Shown here piece after piece: positions 36,725 to 46,098 of a stretch of DNA of 64,000 nucleotides. The notes under the pieces were generated by a model. That model did not search any database, was not told the origin of the DNA, and worked only from the letters and a program-made list of their open reading frames with translations. This DNA is from Catajapyx aquilonaris (Eukaryota). Where the stretch lies: NCBI GenBank assembly GCA_000934665.2, contig KZ538175.1, positions 1-64,000 of the forward strand. Direction: 5' to 3'. How positions within the stretch are numbered: the first letter of the stretch is position 1; each line of letters begins with the position of its first letter. The translations under genes and the position numbers were made by a program.

Positions 36725-37799
36725 TGTAGGCGTTGTTTTACTGTTACAATAATGGCGATAATTTGATTTTGTCGATTGTAGTACAGTGTATGAAGCCGTG
36801 TGGGGTGTAATGTGCGGGTTCCTCAATTAACGACTTCCTTTCATTTTTGATATTTGCTCACCACACTCACTGGTGCATCACAATTTCCGTCAAAATGGCA
36901 TGGTCAATTTCCCTCCGTGCAATGATTCATCATGTAATTTAGGTACGAGCGGACCAAGCACGCTTAGGAAAAGCACTAACTTGGAGCATCATAAAAGCAG
37001 GAAAAACCATTTAGGGCCCAGAATAAAATAGTCAAATCTGCTACGTGGTGAATTAAATTGCACGTCCCTTGATATTACATCAACAGTAAACAGATATTTA
37101 GTACAGGACGTGGTAGTAAACAGTAGACTTGTTCATCAGCCGCATTAGTCTCAAAAGCGCTGTTCATTACCTTGCACTGAAATTGGGAAGTGTGCACAAC
37201 TATTCACTGGCTGGAGGAGCGAGGACAACTGAATCAAATAGTATTTACTTTAGTGATAATCTGACTCATTCTGGCTCATTAATATAGCCTACTAATAAAG
37301 GAAGTTCCACAGGTTCTCATTTGCGTCAGTTTTCTCAATATTCATGTCCCCATCTCTCATTGTTACAGGTAACGTATAATCTATAGTGTATGGTGTATAA
37401 ATGAAATAGCTCAGAGATCTTTCGCAAACCTATGATTTAAAATATATGGGCATGAGAAAATAAATGGCTCGACTATAGCAGCTGAAACGTGAGGGTCCAT
37501 ATACTCTGCAGCTCGTGAAACGCTCCAACCCTGCCAATACCTCCCGTTTGGTTAGTGAATGGCGGAGGAGTATATCCTGGGGGAAAAGCGAGAGTGAAAC
37601 CGGACCCCCCTAAAAAAGTGGTGTCCTACATACCTTCTGGAATCCGCCTGGAAAGACAGAGAGTGTCCATCCCTCTTCCAGTCGATGGAGGCCCCAGGTG
37701 GCCCTTTGACGGCGCAGTCCAAAACGGCGGCCCGGTCTCGAAGAACCACAGTGTCGCTCGGTTCCACGCTGAACCCGAACTCTCCCACCACGGCTTTGC
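10975..37799 (-). CDS. fra: Frazzled/DCC/neogenin-family netrin receptor, spliced and 5'-incomplete (26 coding exons, ~1400 aa without signal peptide)
   Basis: Exons join in frame across AG acceptors and GT donors (one GC). They encode 4 Ig domains, 6 FNIII domains, [28 protein letters not shown]1 ([15 protein letters not shown]), P2 ([12 protein letters not shown]) and P3 ([21 protein letters not shown]), with stop TGA at 10975-10977. Confidence 0.96.
11452..11630 (-). CDS. fra: fra penultimate coding exon
   Basis: [15 protein letters not shown]...EREEGTLQ; donor CAG|GTAGCG, phase 0. Confidence 0.85.
11695..11858 (-). CDS. fra: fra exon: P2 motif
   Basis: [29 protein letters not shown]. 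Confidence 0.93.
12029..12173 (-). CDS. fra: fra cytoplasmic exon
   Basis: [16 protein letters not shown]...QQTQY; donor AG|GTAAGA; phases 1-2 bridge the neighbouring exons. Confidence 0.85.
12519..12650 (-). CDS. fra: fra cytoplasmic exon
   Basis: [10 protein letters not shown]...[20 protein letters not shown]; donor G|GTGAGT. Confidence 0.88.
12968..13066 (-). CDS. fra: fra cytoplasmic exon
   Basis: [32 protein letters not shown]; pyrimidine-rich tag acceptor and C|GTAAGT donor, phase 1-1. Confidence 0.85.
13523..13758 (-). CDS. fra: fra exon: cytoplasmic P1 motif
   Basis: [21 protein letters not shown]. Confidence 0.94.
13954..14089 (-). CDS. fra: fra exon: transmembrane helix
   Basis: [46 protein letters not shown]: hydrophobic run followed by a basic stop-transfer segment. 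Confidence 0.92.
14246..14287 (-). CDS. fra: fra candidate 42-nt juxtamembrane micro-exon ([14 protein letters not shown])
   Basis: ttttggttgatag acceptor, G|GTAAGG donor, symmetric phase 1-1, open frame. Confidence 0.6.
15106..15270. repeat. Inverted repeat, probably the centre of an old palindromic MITE
   Basis: atttgcc...ggtagtcggaggtgtgtatggaa pairs with ttccatacacacctcctactacc...ggcaaat; degenerate symmetry extends outward. Confidence 0.7.
15763..15957 (-). CDS. fra: fra exon: FN6 C-half, ending at a GC donor
   Basis: YVIFYTTD...[24 protein letters not shown]; donor CAG|GCAAGT. Confidence 0.9.
16652..16745. repeat. Small hairpin or mini-MITE
   Basis: ttgttgtgccccgatccaggtgccctatta pairs with taatagggcgcctggatcggggcgcaacaa. 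Confidence 0.7.
16772..17144 (+). mobile_element. Full-length tRNA-derived SINE (family A)
   Basis: A box tggcgctgtggta, B box ggttcgatccc, (ATT)n tail, perfect 18-bp TSD aaaataattactttgtgt (16754-16771 and 17145-17162). Confidence 0.9.
17319..17481 (-). CDS. fra: fra exon: end of FN5 and FN6 N-half
   Basis: [30 protein letters not shown]...[14 protein letters not shown]. Confidence 0.92.
17542..17697 (-). CDS. fra: fra exon: FN5
   Basis: [31 protein letters not shown]. Confidence 0.93.
17761..17966 (-). CDS. fra: fra exon: FN4 C-half, linker and start of FN5
   Basis: [24 protein letters not shown]...[24 protein letters not shown]. Confidence 0.93.
18044..18202 (-). CDS. fra: fra exon: FN4 N-half
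   Basis: [31 protein letters not shown]; donor G|GTGAGT. Confidence 0.93.
18477..18870 (-). mobile_element. tRNA-derived SINE with a related body and long (AAT)n tail
   Basis: Minus-strand head GGGGAGATGCAGTGGCTGAG...GGTTCTATCCC; imperfect 15-bp TSD at 18462-18476 and 18871-18885. Confidence 0.8.
19013..19171 (+). mobile_element. 5'-truncated family A SINE
   Basis: Perfect 16-bp TSD ttaatatataagtctc (18997-19012 and 19172-19187); body motif cattgcacttgcac...catcccctcc. Confidence 0.8.
19326..19481. other. Assembly gap (156 N); other gaps at 2365 and 53797-53811
   Basis: N runs, each next to a C or G homopolymer. Confidence 0.99.
19976..20267 (-). CDS. fra: fra exon: FN3
   Basis: [27 protein letters not shown]...[16 protein letters not shown]. 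Confidence 0.93.
20328..20537 (-). CDS. fra: fra exon: FN2 C-half and start of FN3
   Basis: [50 protein letters not shown]. Confidence 0.93.
20626..20908 (-). CDS. fra: fra exon: FN1 C-half and FN2 N-half
   Basis: [33 protein letters not shown]...[20 protein letters not shown]. Confidence 0.93.
20964..21174 (-). CDS. fra: fra exon: Ig4-FN1 linker and FN1 N-half (acceptor at 21174 or 21123)
   Basis: [25 protein letters not shown]; donor AG|GTATGT; 5' boundary is ambiguous. Confidence 0.85.
21425..21672 (-). mobile_element. Degenerate tRNA-derived SINE
   Basis: Minus-strand head tggtgtagtagtta...gttagatccc and tail ccaaggggtaac...aataataaaa. Confidence 0.55.
21724..22150 (+). mobile_element. 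Internally deleted mariner remnant
   Basis: TA|TGAGGGTTGGATAAAAAGT TIR-like start. Peptides [14 protein letters not shown] and [16 protein letters not shown] resemble, from memory, non-adjacent parts of insect mariner transposases. Confidence 0.65.
22509..23115. mobile_element. Palindromic MITE (~250-bp arms, AAAGG...CCTTT ends, Kolobok-like) nested in an older TIR element (~22400-23500)
   Basis: 22509-22762 is an inverted copy of 22856-23115. The outer inverted pair is ttttgcagtgacccatgataatttt / aaaattgtcatggatcactgcaaaa. Confidence 0.8.
23883..24797. mobile_element. Palindromic element with a SINE inserted in its right arm
   Basis: 23883-24151 pairs with 24213-24432 plus 24750-24797. Confidence 0.8.
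24433..24732 (+). mobile_element. Family A SINE with an internal deletion at the B box
   Basis: Head gggaggcggagtggtgctgcggtaacg; 17-bp TSD tatattat(c/t)gtgccaag at 24416-24432 and 24733-24749. Confidence 0.88.
25119..25245 (-). CDS. fra: fra exon: Ig4 C-half
   Basis: [42 protein letters not shown]; follows a 59-nt intron. Confidence 0.92.
25305..25453 (-). CDS. fra: fra exon: Ig4 N-half
   Basis: [39 protein letters not shown]; donor CAA|GTATGT. Confidence 0.92.
26250..26392 (-). CDS. fra: fra exon: Ig3 C-half
   Basis: [39 protein letters not shown]; weak donor G|GTTACT. Confidence 0.9.
26707..26860 (-). CDS. fra: fra exon: Ig3 N-half
   Basis: [39 protein letters not shown]; donor GC|GTAAGT. 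Confidence 0.92.
26923..27042 (-). CDS. fra: fra exon: Ig2 C-half
   Basis: [35 protein letters not shown]; donor G|GTAAGT; absent from the ORF track. Confidence 0.9.
27412..27924. mobile_element. Palindromic MITE with ~155-bp arms (piggyBac-like ends, tentative)
   Basis: ctaactcttcttaccctcctaaattttgaaatt pairs with aatttcaaaatttaggggggtaagaatagttag; GC-rich centre contains gacccgc repeats. Confidence 0.8.
27953..28117 (-). CDS. fra: fra exon: Ig2 N-half
   Basis: [29 protein letters not shown]...RMLVLPSG; donor G|GTAGGC. Confidence 0.92.
29116..29410 (+). mobile_element. 5'-truncated family A SINE with (AAAT)n(AAT)n tail
   Basis: Body ttcatctcgtgcagag...gtcgtctctggcttcg matches 16857-16892; tail differs; no TSD found. 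Confidence 0.8.
32668..32813 (-). CDS. fra: fra exon: Ig1 C-half
   Basis: [13 protein letters not shown]...[27 protein letters not shown]; donor T|GTAAGT. Confidence 0.92.
33519..34050. mobile_element. Degenerate Tigger/pogo-like MITE
   Basis: Inverted ends gtacccattttacgccg and cggcgtaaaatggagcggcgtgaaacgagtac. Confidence 0.5.
34622..35407. mobile_element. Degenerate mariner-like non-autonomous element
   Basis: Inverted ends ggtgtatttttta and taaaaaatacacc next to TA dinucleotides. Confidence 0.45.
36641..36723. repeat. (AAT)n microsatellite
   Basis: Uninterrupted AAT run. Confidence 0.95.
37634..37799 (-). CDS. fra: fra exon: Ig1 N-half (first visible exon, entered in phase 1)
   Basis: cag|[30 protein letters not shown]...IDWKRDG; donor AG|GTATGT. 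Confidence 0.9.
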
Positions 37800-39721
37800 C
37801 TGACGACAAGGAAAAAGAGAGCCTTTAGCTCGACCTGTCATCCCCCTTGAATTATTGACATCTAGCACAGACCACCCCAAACATGCAAACTCCACTGATA
37901 GATAGAGCGGTCCTGATCGCTATCGAATAAAAGCAGGTACGTATAATTGTTACCTTGTTGGTCTACATTTTTCATTGTGTCGCTGTGCTGCGTTTGTATA
38001 TAAAAATGGAGATATATTGAGGAAAATTTGGCATCAGGTAGGAACTTCTTAATTCATCCTACCTGGTACCTAAAGATGAGTTCACAGGTTTTTCCTCCGG
38101 AGAGCCGCGATTCACGGGGGGCTATTGTCGTTGTTTTTGGGCCTCAGTAATCATCGTCAAGGGCCATTTGAGCGAAGCAAGTTAGGCATGCAAATTTTCT
38201 CAACTCCTTTTAATGCCGGGGCATTAGCGTGGGACCAAGCTACCACGCTATACGCTAACTGCTGGAGCAAAAATAGCTGCACAAGAGTCAGAAAGTCCAG
38301 ATTCATGCGGGGATTTTTTTTCCCTTCTTCTCCACCCCCCCCCCCCCCTGGATGTACAGTACAAAGAGAGCAGGCAACTGTGCCTTCCCAAAGGCAAGTG
38401 AGGGGAGGCTGTTTGGACACTGCTGTCACAATAGCACATTTACATAATGCGATTTATAGGCGTGATGTTATTTACTGACGCGGCGCGCTAAGTGGGTGTT
38501 AAAAGGTGGAACATTTACATGACGCTGGTGGCGCGGATTTAGTCTTTGAGCGGGACGCCATTGTGTCTCTCGACGCTCAACCACACCTGTTCATTCGCCG
38601 CCATATGTGTGAATACTGGACACTCGTGTGAATACAGTTGACTCATTACATTAGCATACATTCATGCAGTATTCATGCGGATGCGCGAGTTATTTGCGAA
38701 CCGCTGACATTCCTGTTGCCATTTTATGCTGTGTACTATGGGCAACAGGAGTTGTAGTAGCACATTGTGTTTCAGGCTGCTGCGGTAGGATGAACCTCGT
38801 GTACGTCACAGCAGTAGCGCATAGGTAATATCATGGCCATCATGTTGTTCCCTAACCTGTAAGCTCCAGGTGTACGTAACTAGATTCACACAGTATGCAG
38901 CGATGTTTTTCTACAGTACACAGACATGTGTATTTGTCAATCTCACACGCTTGACAATACATTATAGAGGCAGTAGTTTTGATTGCTCCTACTATACCCC
39001 ACCTCTACAAAAAAGTACTTTCTATTGCTAGTCAAAATTAGAATATTGTTTCATTGAGGTATTCTACGTTTCATTTTGAGGAGTTTGTTAATATTTATCC
39101 TCGTACTTAGACTCCCCGTTAAACAGGCACGACATATGGGTGGCTCTGAATAGTCAGGATAAATTTCCAGTTAACGTTGCAAGTTACATCACACGAAAAG
39201 TGCAGTTAATTTATTTACTTATTGCTGTTGATGATATTCTTGTTATTTTCCCTCATAATAATTGTCGTTGTTTTCTTAGACAAGTACACAGTGAGTTCCA
39301 TTGAAATGTCCGTTTCTGGCACTAAGATCCTTATTTTTAAGCAGTTACTTTGGAATTATGACATTCAGGTGTTATCACAAAATAATATGATCTGCTAGCA
39401 ACACAGATTGAAACTTGGATTGAACGGTTTGCCGGCCATTCTGACAGGAGTACACAGCCAGAAATAGGAGCATCTGGTAACGATGGGTCAAAACTGGAAC
39501 ATGTCATCAGAAACCCACTCACTCACAGTAGAATTTGCTCAGCACATCCGTGAAAAAGAGTTATATGCATTAGTAAAATACTACTTCTGGGCATTCCAGG
39601 TCATCACTAGGGTAAAGAGCATGTGTGGTCACTATAGGAAGCCCGTTAGAGGGGAAGCGGCCACTGCATTTGAGGTGGGTTCGCCAGGTATAGACTAATA
39701 GTCTACCTCTACACTCTACAG

Positions 39722-41588
39722 CAGTGGTTTTCAAACTGGGGTACGCGAACACAATTTTGGGAGTAGGGTACGCGAAAGATTTTGGGCAATGACGTCAGCT
39801 TTCTATACTGTATTTTGTGAGAAGCATTATCCTGATTCGCGATAGAATACTTGAGACCAGGACGATAAGGAAATTTAAAATATACAATAATTATGAGGTC
39901 CCGGCTGGTTCGCCAGCGACGGTATTCTCTTCCTCGAGCGGTCCTCGGACCTGACTCGCATTTCTTGGTCGGACGGGGTGCTTCGGAGACTATCCCACCC
40001 CCGTCCCTGGGCTGGACCCGGCATTGCAGTACAGCCGGGCCCAGCCCTCCTTTCCCCCCACCCTTCTCACCCACCCCTATACCTTGCAATCCCACACCTT
40101 CCTCTCCTACCCCCGGCTGCCAAGGCTCGACTCAGAAAGAGCCATATACAAGCTGGGTAACCCTTCCTACCAACCAACCAACCAAAATAAGGATTAATGG
40201 CACATAATCGGGGAGGCGGAGTGGTGCTGCGGTAACGCACGCGCCCACGGATGTTAAGGTCCCGGGTTCGATCCCAGCCAAGGGTTCCCCCCTTCATCTC
40301 TGGCTTCGTCTCGGGTGGAAATTTCCGTTAGACTAATTCACCCGGGGGAGTTCACAAAATAACCAATATACGACATTGCACTTGCACTTTGCACATCCCC
40401 TCCTACTTACCCTTGGAACAACTAAACACATCCAGTGTATGGTTCCAAACAAATGGTGGTATCCCACTCCTCCAATAAGGGCCCAAGGTCCAAGAATGGG
40501 GTACAATAAAAAAATAATAATAATGGCACATAATCAAGTGGAAATATCGGCGGTCTGACCAGAAATGAAGAAATTACTGTAGTTCCATGTAGGGTCAACA
40601 TGCAGCACCGTGGAACTTCAAAGTAGATACGTCTTCCAGCAGGTGCAGGACAACTAACCCGCCTTATTCCCATTCTAGTGTATCAGTCATCAGTGTATGG
40701 AACCTTGCTCAGTTGTGGCCTGAATGCTGTTCGCAGTAGCAGTTGTGGAATTTTCTTGATTCATGGGATATGTGGCTGCTAGGAAAAAATAATTGAATAG
40801 GTTGTTACGAAAAGGGCCTACTTGTATTAACGTGCTATGAACTAATTTCGACCAATTTCTGAGAAAATCGCACAAAATTGTCCTACTTAGACCATTCTTT
40901 TTTCCTATTATTATTTTAGTGAGTTTTTATCATACGCAGCAGAGGAATTTGACTGATGCTGTTTTCATTCAGCACTCGCGTTGAAACTCAAGAAGCAACA
41001 TGACAGTGTTAACTCAAAAATGTCAAATTTCGAAGCAACTGCAGATGGGCCAGTGGAGGACAGTGTTCAATGTCAACACACTAGTATCGGATCACATGAA
41101 TCAATTGGCGCAACAGTTTAGATATAATTTTCCCGAGATTTATTTACCACTTTTGCACAGTCATGTCAGCACAGGATCGGAAATGATCATCGAAATTTCC
41201 ACGAATGGAAGTTTGTTTGAATTTGTGCCAAAAACACTTGTGATTTTTTTGGCTGAAAAATTTGAAAACTATCCAGCCTATAGTAACCTGTGCTCTGAAG
41301 TATTTAATACCATGTGTACTACTACGTCTTTGTGTGAAGCAAGTTTTTCGGCATTAACGTGCATAAAACAAAATTAGATGATCGACTCTGTGTTGTGAAA
41401 TATCTCAGGCTTAAATTGACGCCAATTGTCCCACATATTGTGTGAACGAAAGAAAACTTGCCCATCACACTAACTGGTAAGTTCCCGCAATTACTATTGT
41501 TAGGTATCAGGATCGGAGTGGGGGTACAAACTGTCTTGACATATTTGAAAAGGGGTAAGCAAGAAAAAAAAAAGTCTGGGAAGCACTG
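39722..41588 (+). mobile_element. Decayed hAT (Charlie/Buster-type) DNA transposon
   Basis: Perfect 8-bp TSD ctctacag (39714-39721 and 41589-41596); TIRs CAGTGGTTTTCAAACT / AGTCTGGGAAGCACTG; hAT dimerisation-like remnant TTTSLCEASFSALTCIK...LRLKL at ~41300-41430. Confidence 0.85.
40210..40520 (+). mobile_element. Family A SINE nested in the hAT element
   Basis: A and B boxes; perfect 15-bp TSD taatggcacataatc (40195-40209 and 40521-40535). Confidence 0.88.
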
Positions 41589-42630
41589 CTCTACAGTATA
41601 CATTGTGCTTGTATGGTTTCTGAGGGGAAACTCGCCCTTTGCCAGCTTGGAAACAAAAACCAGGGGGAGATGCAAACATGCCACACATTTGTCGAGTCAT
41701 TTTCTCGCTCTTTCTGGACCAGATGGCACTCCCACAGGGAGTGAAACTGGGCCTCTGATATGATTTCCACTGAACCTAATAAAATCAGCTAATATATTTG
41801 ATAACCCAAAAAGTAACAGTTTCAAAGCATCTGCTTAAAATAAGCGCCTTATTGGCAAAATTCGTTAACCGCTGAGGCATTTCAATTTGAACACCATGCA
41901 TGCCTTCATTATAGTACATCACATAAGTTGCTAGTCATCATTAACATGACTGACATAAATATGCTACAGGCCGTAAACACCATAGAACAATCGTAAAAAA
42001 ATTAATTTAAAGGAAGAGAAGACTGAATATTGTGCAGCTAATTAATGACTATGAAAGCAACGAAGACCGAATAATTGCAATTAAATATCATTTATAAGAC
42101 AATTACCAGAAGGGAAATATCGTTTACTGATCCATGGACACCCTGTATTTTCGGATTTTTGAAAAGCGCAGGAAACTTTAAGCAGCCTTGCTCATCTCCA
42201 CCCCTGGTTTAATGTGGCCGCAGTTGGTGAGTTTTAATCATAAAAAGTCGCACCCCACTTTCCACACCAGCGACAGCTGTAGTGAAAGGGAAATTGTCTG
42301 AGAAACTCAGTTTTAGGAACGCGCAACCGAGCTTTACGAGCCGCAGTCCAACATCGATTTGGATTTCCAGATTCACTCAGATCGGCACTGCGTAATTGTG
42401 CTTGTGATTGTATTCTCCCTGTTATTTACTCGAGAACTGTTCAGGAGAACACGCACCAGAAACAAGCCTATATCTCGACTATACTCTGGGTTAGCCTACT
42501 CCTTCTACTCACGCCTTAGGTTAAATTCCATCTTGGTTTTTGATAATAAAATGGTGTCTTTGTGAAAAGATTTTTGTGGTTATAATATTGTATATTTTTT
42601 GAAATTTTTTTGTGATAATAAAATTGTATT

Positions 42631-42921
42631 CATTGTACTCCCGATTATCAGCGTGCGTTTAATCCGTCATGGCTAAAACAAAGAGAAGTCCGAAAAAATG
42701 TCAATTTTCTCGCAAACAAAGAAATGCAACAAACGTTTTTCAGAAGACAAACGAAAAATCTACGGAATTTTTTCTAATTTTGAATAAATCTGATTAAAAG
42801 CAGAATATAGTATGTACAGTCGTGCATTAAAAACCTGCGAATAGCTCATTTTACTGTATCTAGGATCATTTTCCGATTATCCGTCGACACCCAATTACCC
42901 CGGATAATCGGGAGTACAGTG
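42631..42921. mobile_element. Tigger-like MITE
   Basis: TIRs cattgtactcccgattatc and gataatcgggagtacagtg. Confidence 0.7.
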
Positions 42922-44766
42922 TAATTTTTTAAAACCCACTTTGCACCAGACAATTGCACGGCATAGACCAGCACAGGTATGAAGATCCTTTGGCCGCGTG
43001 AGTGAGCCCACCTTTCTGACTAGCTAATTAGCATCCACAAAAGGAAGCGAAAGTGCGCGTTTTATCCTGGACTGAGATTCCCGACTCTTTTTCCATGATT
43101 TCTGGCGCGTGTGTCGTCAACACAGCCCAAAACAGATGGCGGTACAAAAGAGTCTCCCTCCCTGGGGGCCTGGCGTGAAAATCCCCGTCACCCACACACA
43201 TCTACCACAGACCTGGAGGCAGAAAAGAGGGCTGGGTGGGTGGTAGGGTAGGCTGAATTTGGAATTGAAAGGGGAGTCCTGCAAAACTTCCCCCTCCGGC
43301 CTGCTGTCCATCATGTTCGGCTAAAGTGCTGACCACGTCCCCTTTCCCCATGCCAGCTGACTCCACGGGCCTTATTACTCACCACTCGTCACGCACGTAC
43401 CTTGTCACTGACGCTCAAACATATGTGGGGATATGGAAGAGGCTGGGGGGAGGAGTAGGGAGGGGGAAATATAAATGACCAATTTGCACCGTTGCCTCAA
43501 AGCAATCCTGTGGGTTGCCTGTACCAGCTCAATTTATGGACCTTGGCGATGTGTGTTCAAACAATGGTTAAATCAGAGCATGTATATGGCTTATTTAATA
43601 CAGCTTACAGCAATACAACCAATGTTTATTCAAATTACAGGTATTGGCCGACACTTTCATGGAAATAATGTATGTGACCGGACTGGGATTTGGCATGAAT
43701 AATATATGGTGTAGGCAGCAGATGAAAGTTTGCAGCCAGAGAGGGAATAAAACATAACTGCGGTGTAAGCACAGTAATACAGGGACACTAACCAGTATGC
43801 GTCGCATACAGCACCAGAGCTCACACTCTCATTTTCAGCGTGGTATGTGTGTGAAAAACGAGTGCCTCGAGCGACCACACTTTTGTGTCCAGTCGAATGT
43901 CACTTCCACTGTATATCTACCCATTTTTTTCGAGCTTCCAACCAGGAGTACTGCTACATTGGGCATGGAAAGAGAGAGAAAAATGTAATCTCTCCGATTG
44001 CTCGCAGCATTCTGATTAATACTTGAATTCTGTTTATAAACAGAAACTGGGCTGTAATACTACTTGGCCTTAAGTGATAACCATCACAATGCTATTTTCC
44101 CGTTCAATACTGCTCACTTTTTGCATAGCCAACATACACCCGATGCTAGCCATTGAATATGACGCTCACGAGGCATTGTTACAGTGAAATGGACCTGCAT
44201 AAAGCCATCGATTTCACAATGGCCTTCCATTGGCGGCAAACATGTCTAATGTGCATTTGGGTGTGCAATCCATAGCATGTAACACTCTCCAAAAAAATGG
44301 CAAAAAATTGGGGCAATTTGGGCCGCTAGCCTTTAGCTGTATAATAAATACACACCCGCGTAAGAATGAATACGTTCGGTTGTCATGTGGAAGCGAGCCT
44401 GCACCATGCGCTCGCAAATGGTCCAGCAAAATAACGCCTCCGATTTTCATTCCAGCCGCAATTCGGATGCACAATCGGTACGGAAATAGCCGCGGGCTTA
44501 TAACTAGGGGAAACGGTACAGATGTTGATATGCCGTGTGGGACTGGAGTGGGATTTATCAATGGTGCCCTCCAGAATGCACGTTCAATATGCAGGCAGGG
44601 TGGGCCCAGCAGGATCCGCCGAGAGCCACTCCACTCCTTGCTTATCTCCCACATGCACTATGTGTTACTAGAAAATATGTACTATATTGAAATTCCAATA
44701 ATGGACATGTTAGTTGATCCGACTTCTTCTGGCGTTCTGTATCCTTATCGTTGGGGTATGGGTTAC

Positions 44767-44874
44767 ATGATCACTTTCCTAACGTAGGAACGGTCAGCCA
44801 ATCAGAATGCTCCCGCTGCTATAGAAAGTAGCTGATTGGCTGACCGTTCCTACTTACGTTAGGTAAGCGATCGT
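44767..44874. repeat. Short hairpin element
   Basis: cctaacgtaggaacggtcagccaatcag pairs with ctgattggctgaccgttcctac(ttac)gttagg. Confidence 0.7.
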
Positions 44875-45772
44875 GAAGATAAGGCGTCGACTTAGGACTG
44901 CCTGAATACTCGCCCAATAGTGTCTAACTTATAAACGACTCATTTTCTGGAGCCACAGTTGAAAAAGCCGCACAGTTTGCGGCAGCTCAGGTGGGAAGTT
45001 GCTCTCTATTTGGTTAGGACGCTGCAAGTCCCTGTGCACAACTGTTCGCTCGGTAAATGAGATTGGTTTCCTCATTTTAACACCAGTTAACGTTCTTTTT
45101 TTTCCCCTGGCTCCTAAAGGCGTTAAAGCAATTGGTGCAACTTTAAGCCCGGACTGGACTCTTTTGTTGTACCAGTGCAGAATGGAGATTGGCAATAAAA
45201 GACTATAGGAGTAATCTCAAATTTGAGCCGGATTCGCTACAATTCGGATGGTGAGCTCCAATTTCTCAGCTAGCTTGCTTGTACAATTCCGCTCGATTAT
45301 TGAACGTGTGAAATTGACGCTTGTAATTCACGTCCTTGCGTATCGGCACACCTGAACTTGGGATTACCTGGGGACGGAACCTCCATTCATCTCCGTATAT
45401 CGGGGCTGCTAATAACTGTCTCTGTCGTCCTGATGCTATCGATGGGACCGAATTATTGATCTCCCTCGGCCTCTCACGTAAATGGCGTATTATAATCCCC
45501 TGTCTCTGGTGGAGGGATGGTTCTTCTTCAATCCTGGGTGTGCTTTACCGAAATACTTTAAATCCTGCTTCAAATAATTAAATCCGGCCAAAATCTGGCC
45601 AAAATTCCATAAATCCGCCTCATAAACCATCAAAAGCCCCGTCAATTACGTACTCTGCGTCTAATAAATCCTTCTTCAACCCTTCTAAATCCTGCTAAAC
45701 CATACATCCTTGGGTACACAACAATTAGATACTGCATCCACATCTTACGACACGTAATTTGCCGCATGGATA

Positions 45773-46098
45773 CAGGGTGTTCCCATTGATATGTTCGTAA
45801 TGGTTAGCACTAACATGCTTATTTTTAAACAGTACTTTCAGTGGTTATCAAATGAATTAACTGATAATATTGTGTAGCTCGGGCTCATACTTTTTATCGC
45901 CTTTAAAAGTTGGTCCTGTTTATTGGCGTTCGATGGCAACTGTTCCAATCAGATTAAAGTTTCGATTTACAGCCTGGATATATGATTCAATTTGGCCTAA
46001 TATTACCATTTATTACTGTAGATAACCACTAAAGGAAACAGATTGAAATACGCAGCTTAGTGCCATAAAATCGCTGGGATTTCAATTGGAACACCATG
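45773..46098. mobile_element. Tc1/mariner-type MITE
   Basis: TA|CAGGGTGTTCCCATTGA...TCAATTGGAACACCATG|TA; a similar left end occurs near 61468. Confidence 0.6.

Noticed and set aside
38157..38306. MNLDFLTLVQLFLLQQLAYSVVAW as the fra signal-peptide exon
   Set aside because: I found no phase-1 GT donor to join it to the 37799 acceptor, and the hydrophobic core is broken by Gln residues.
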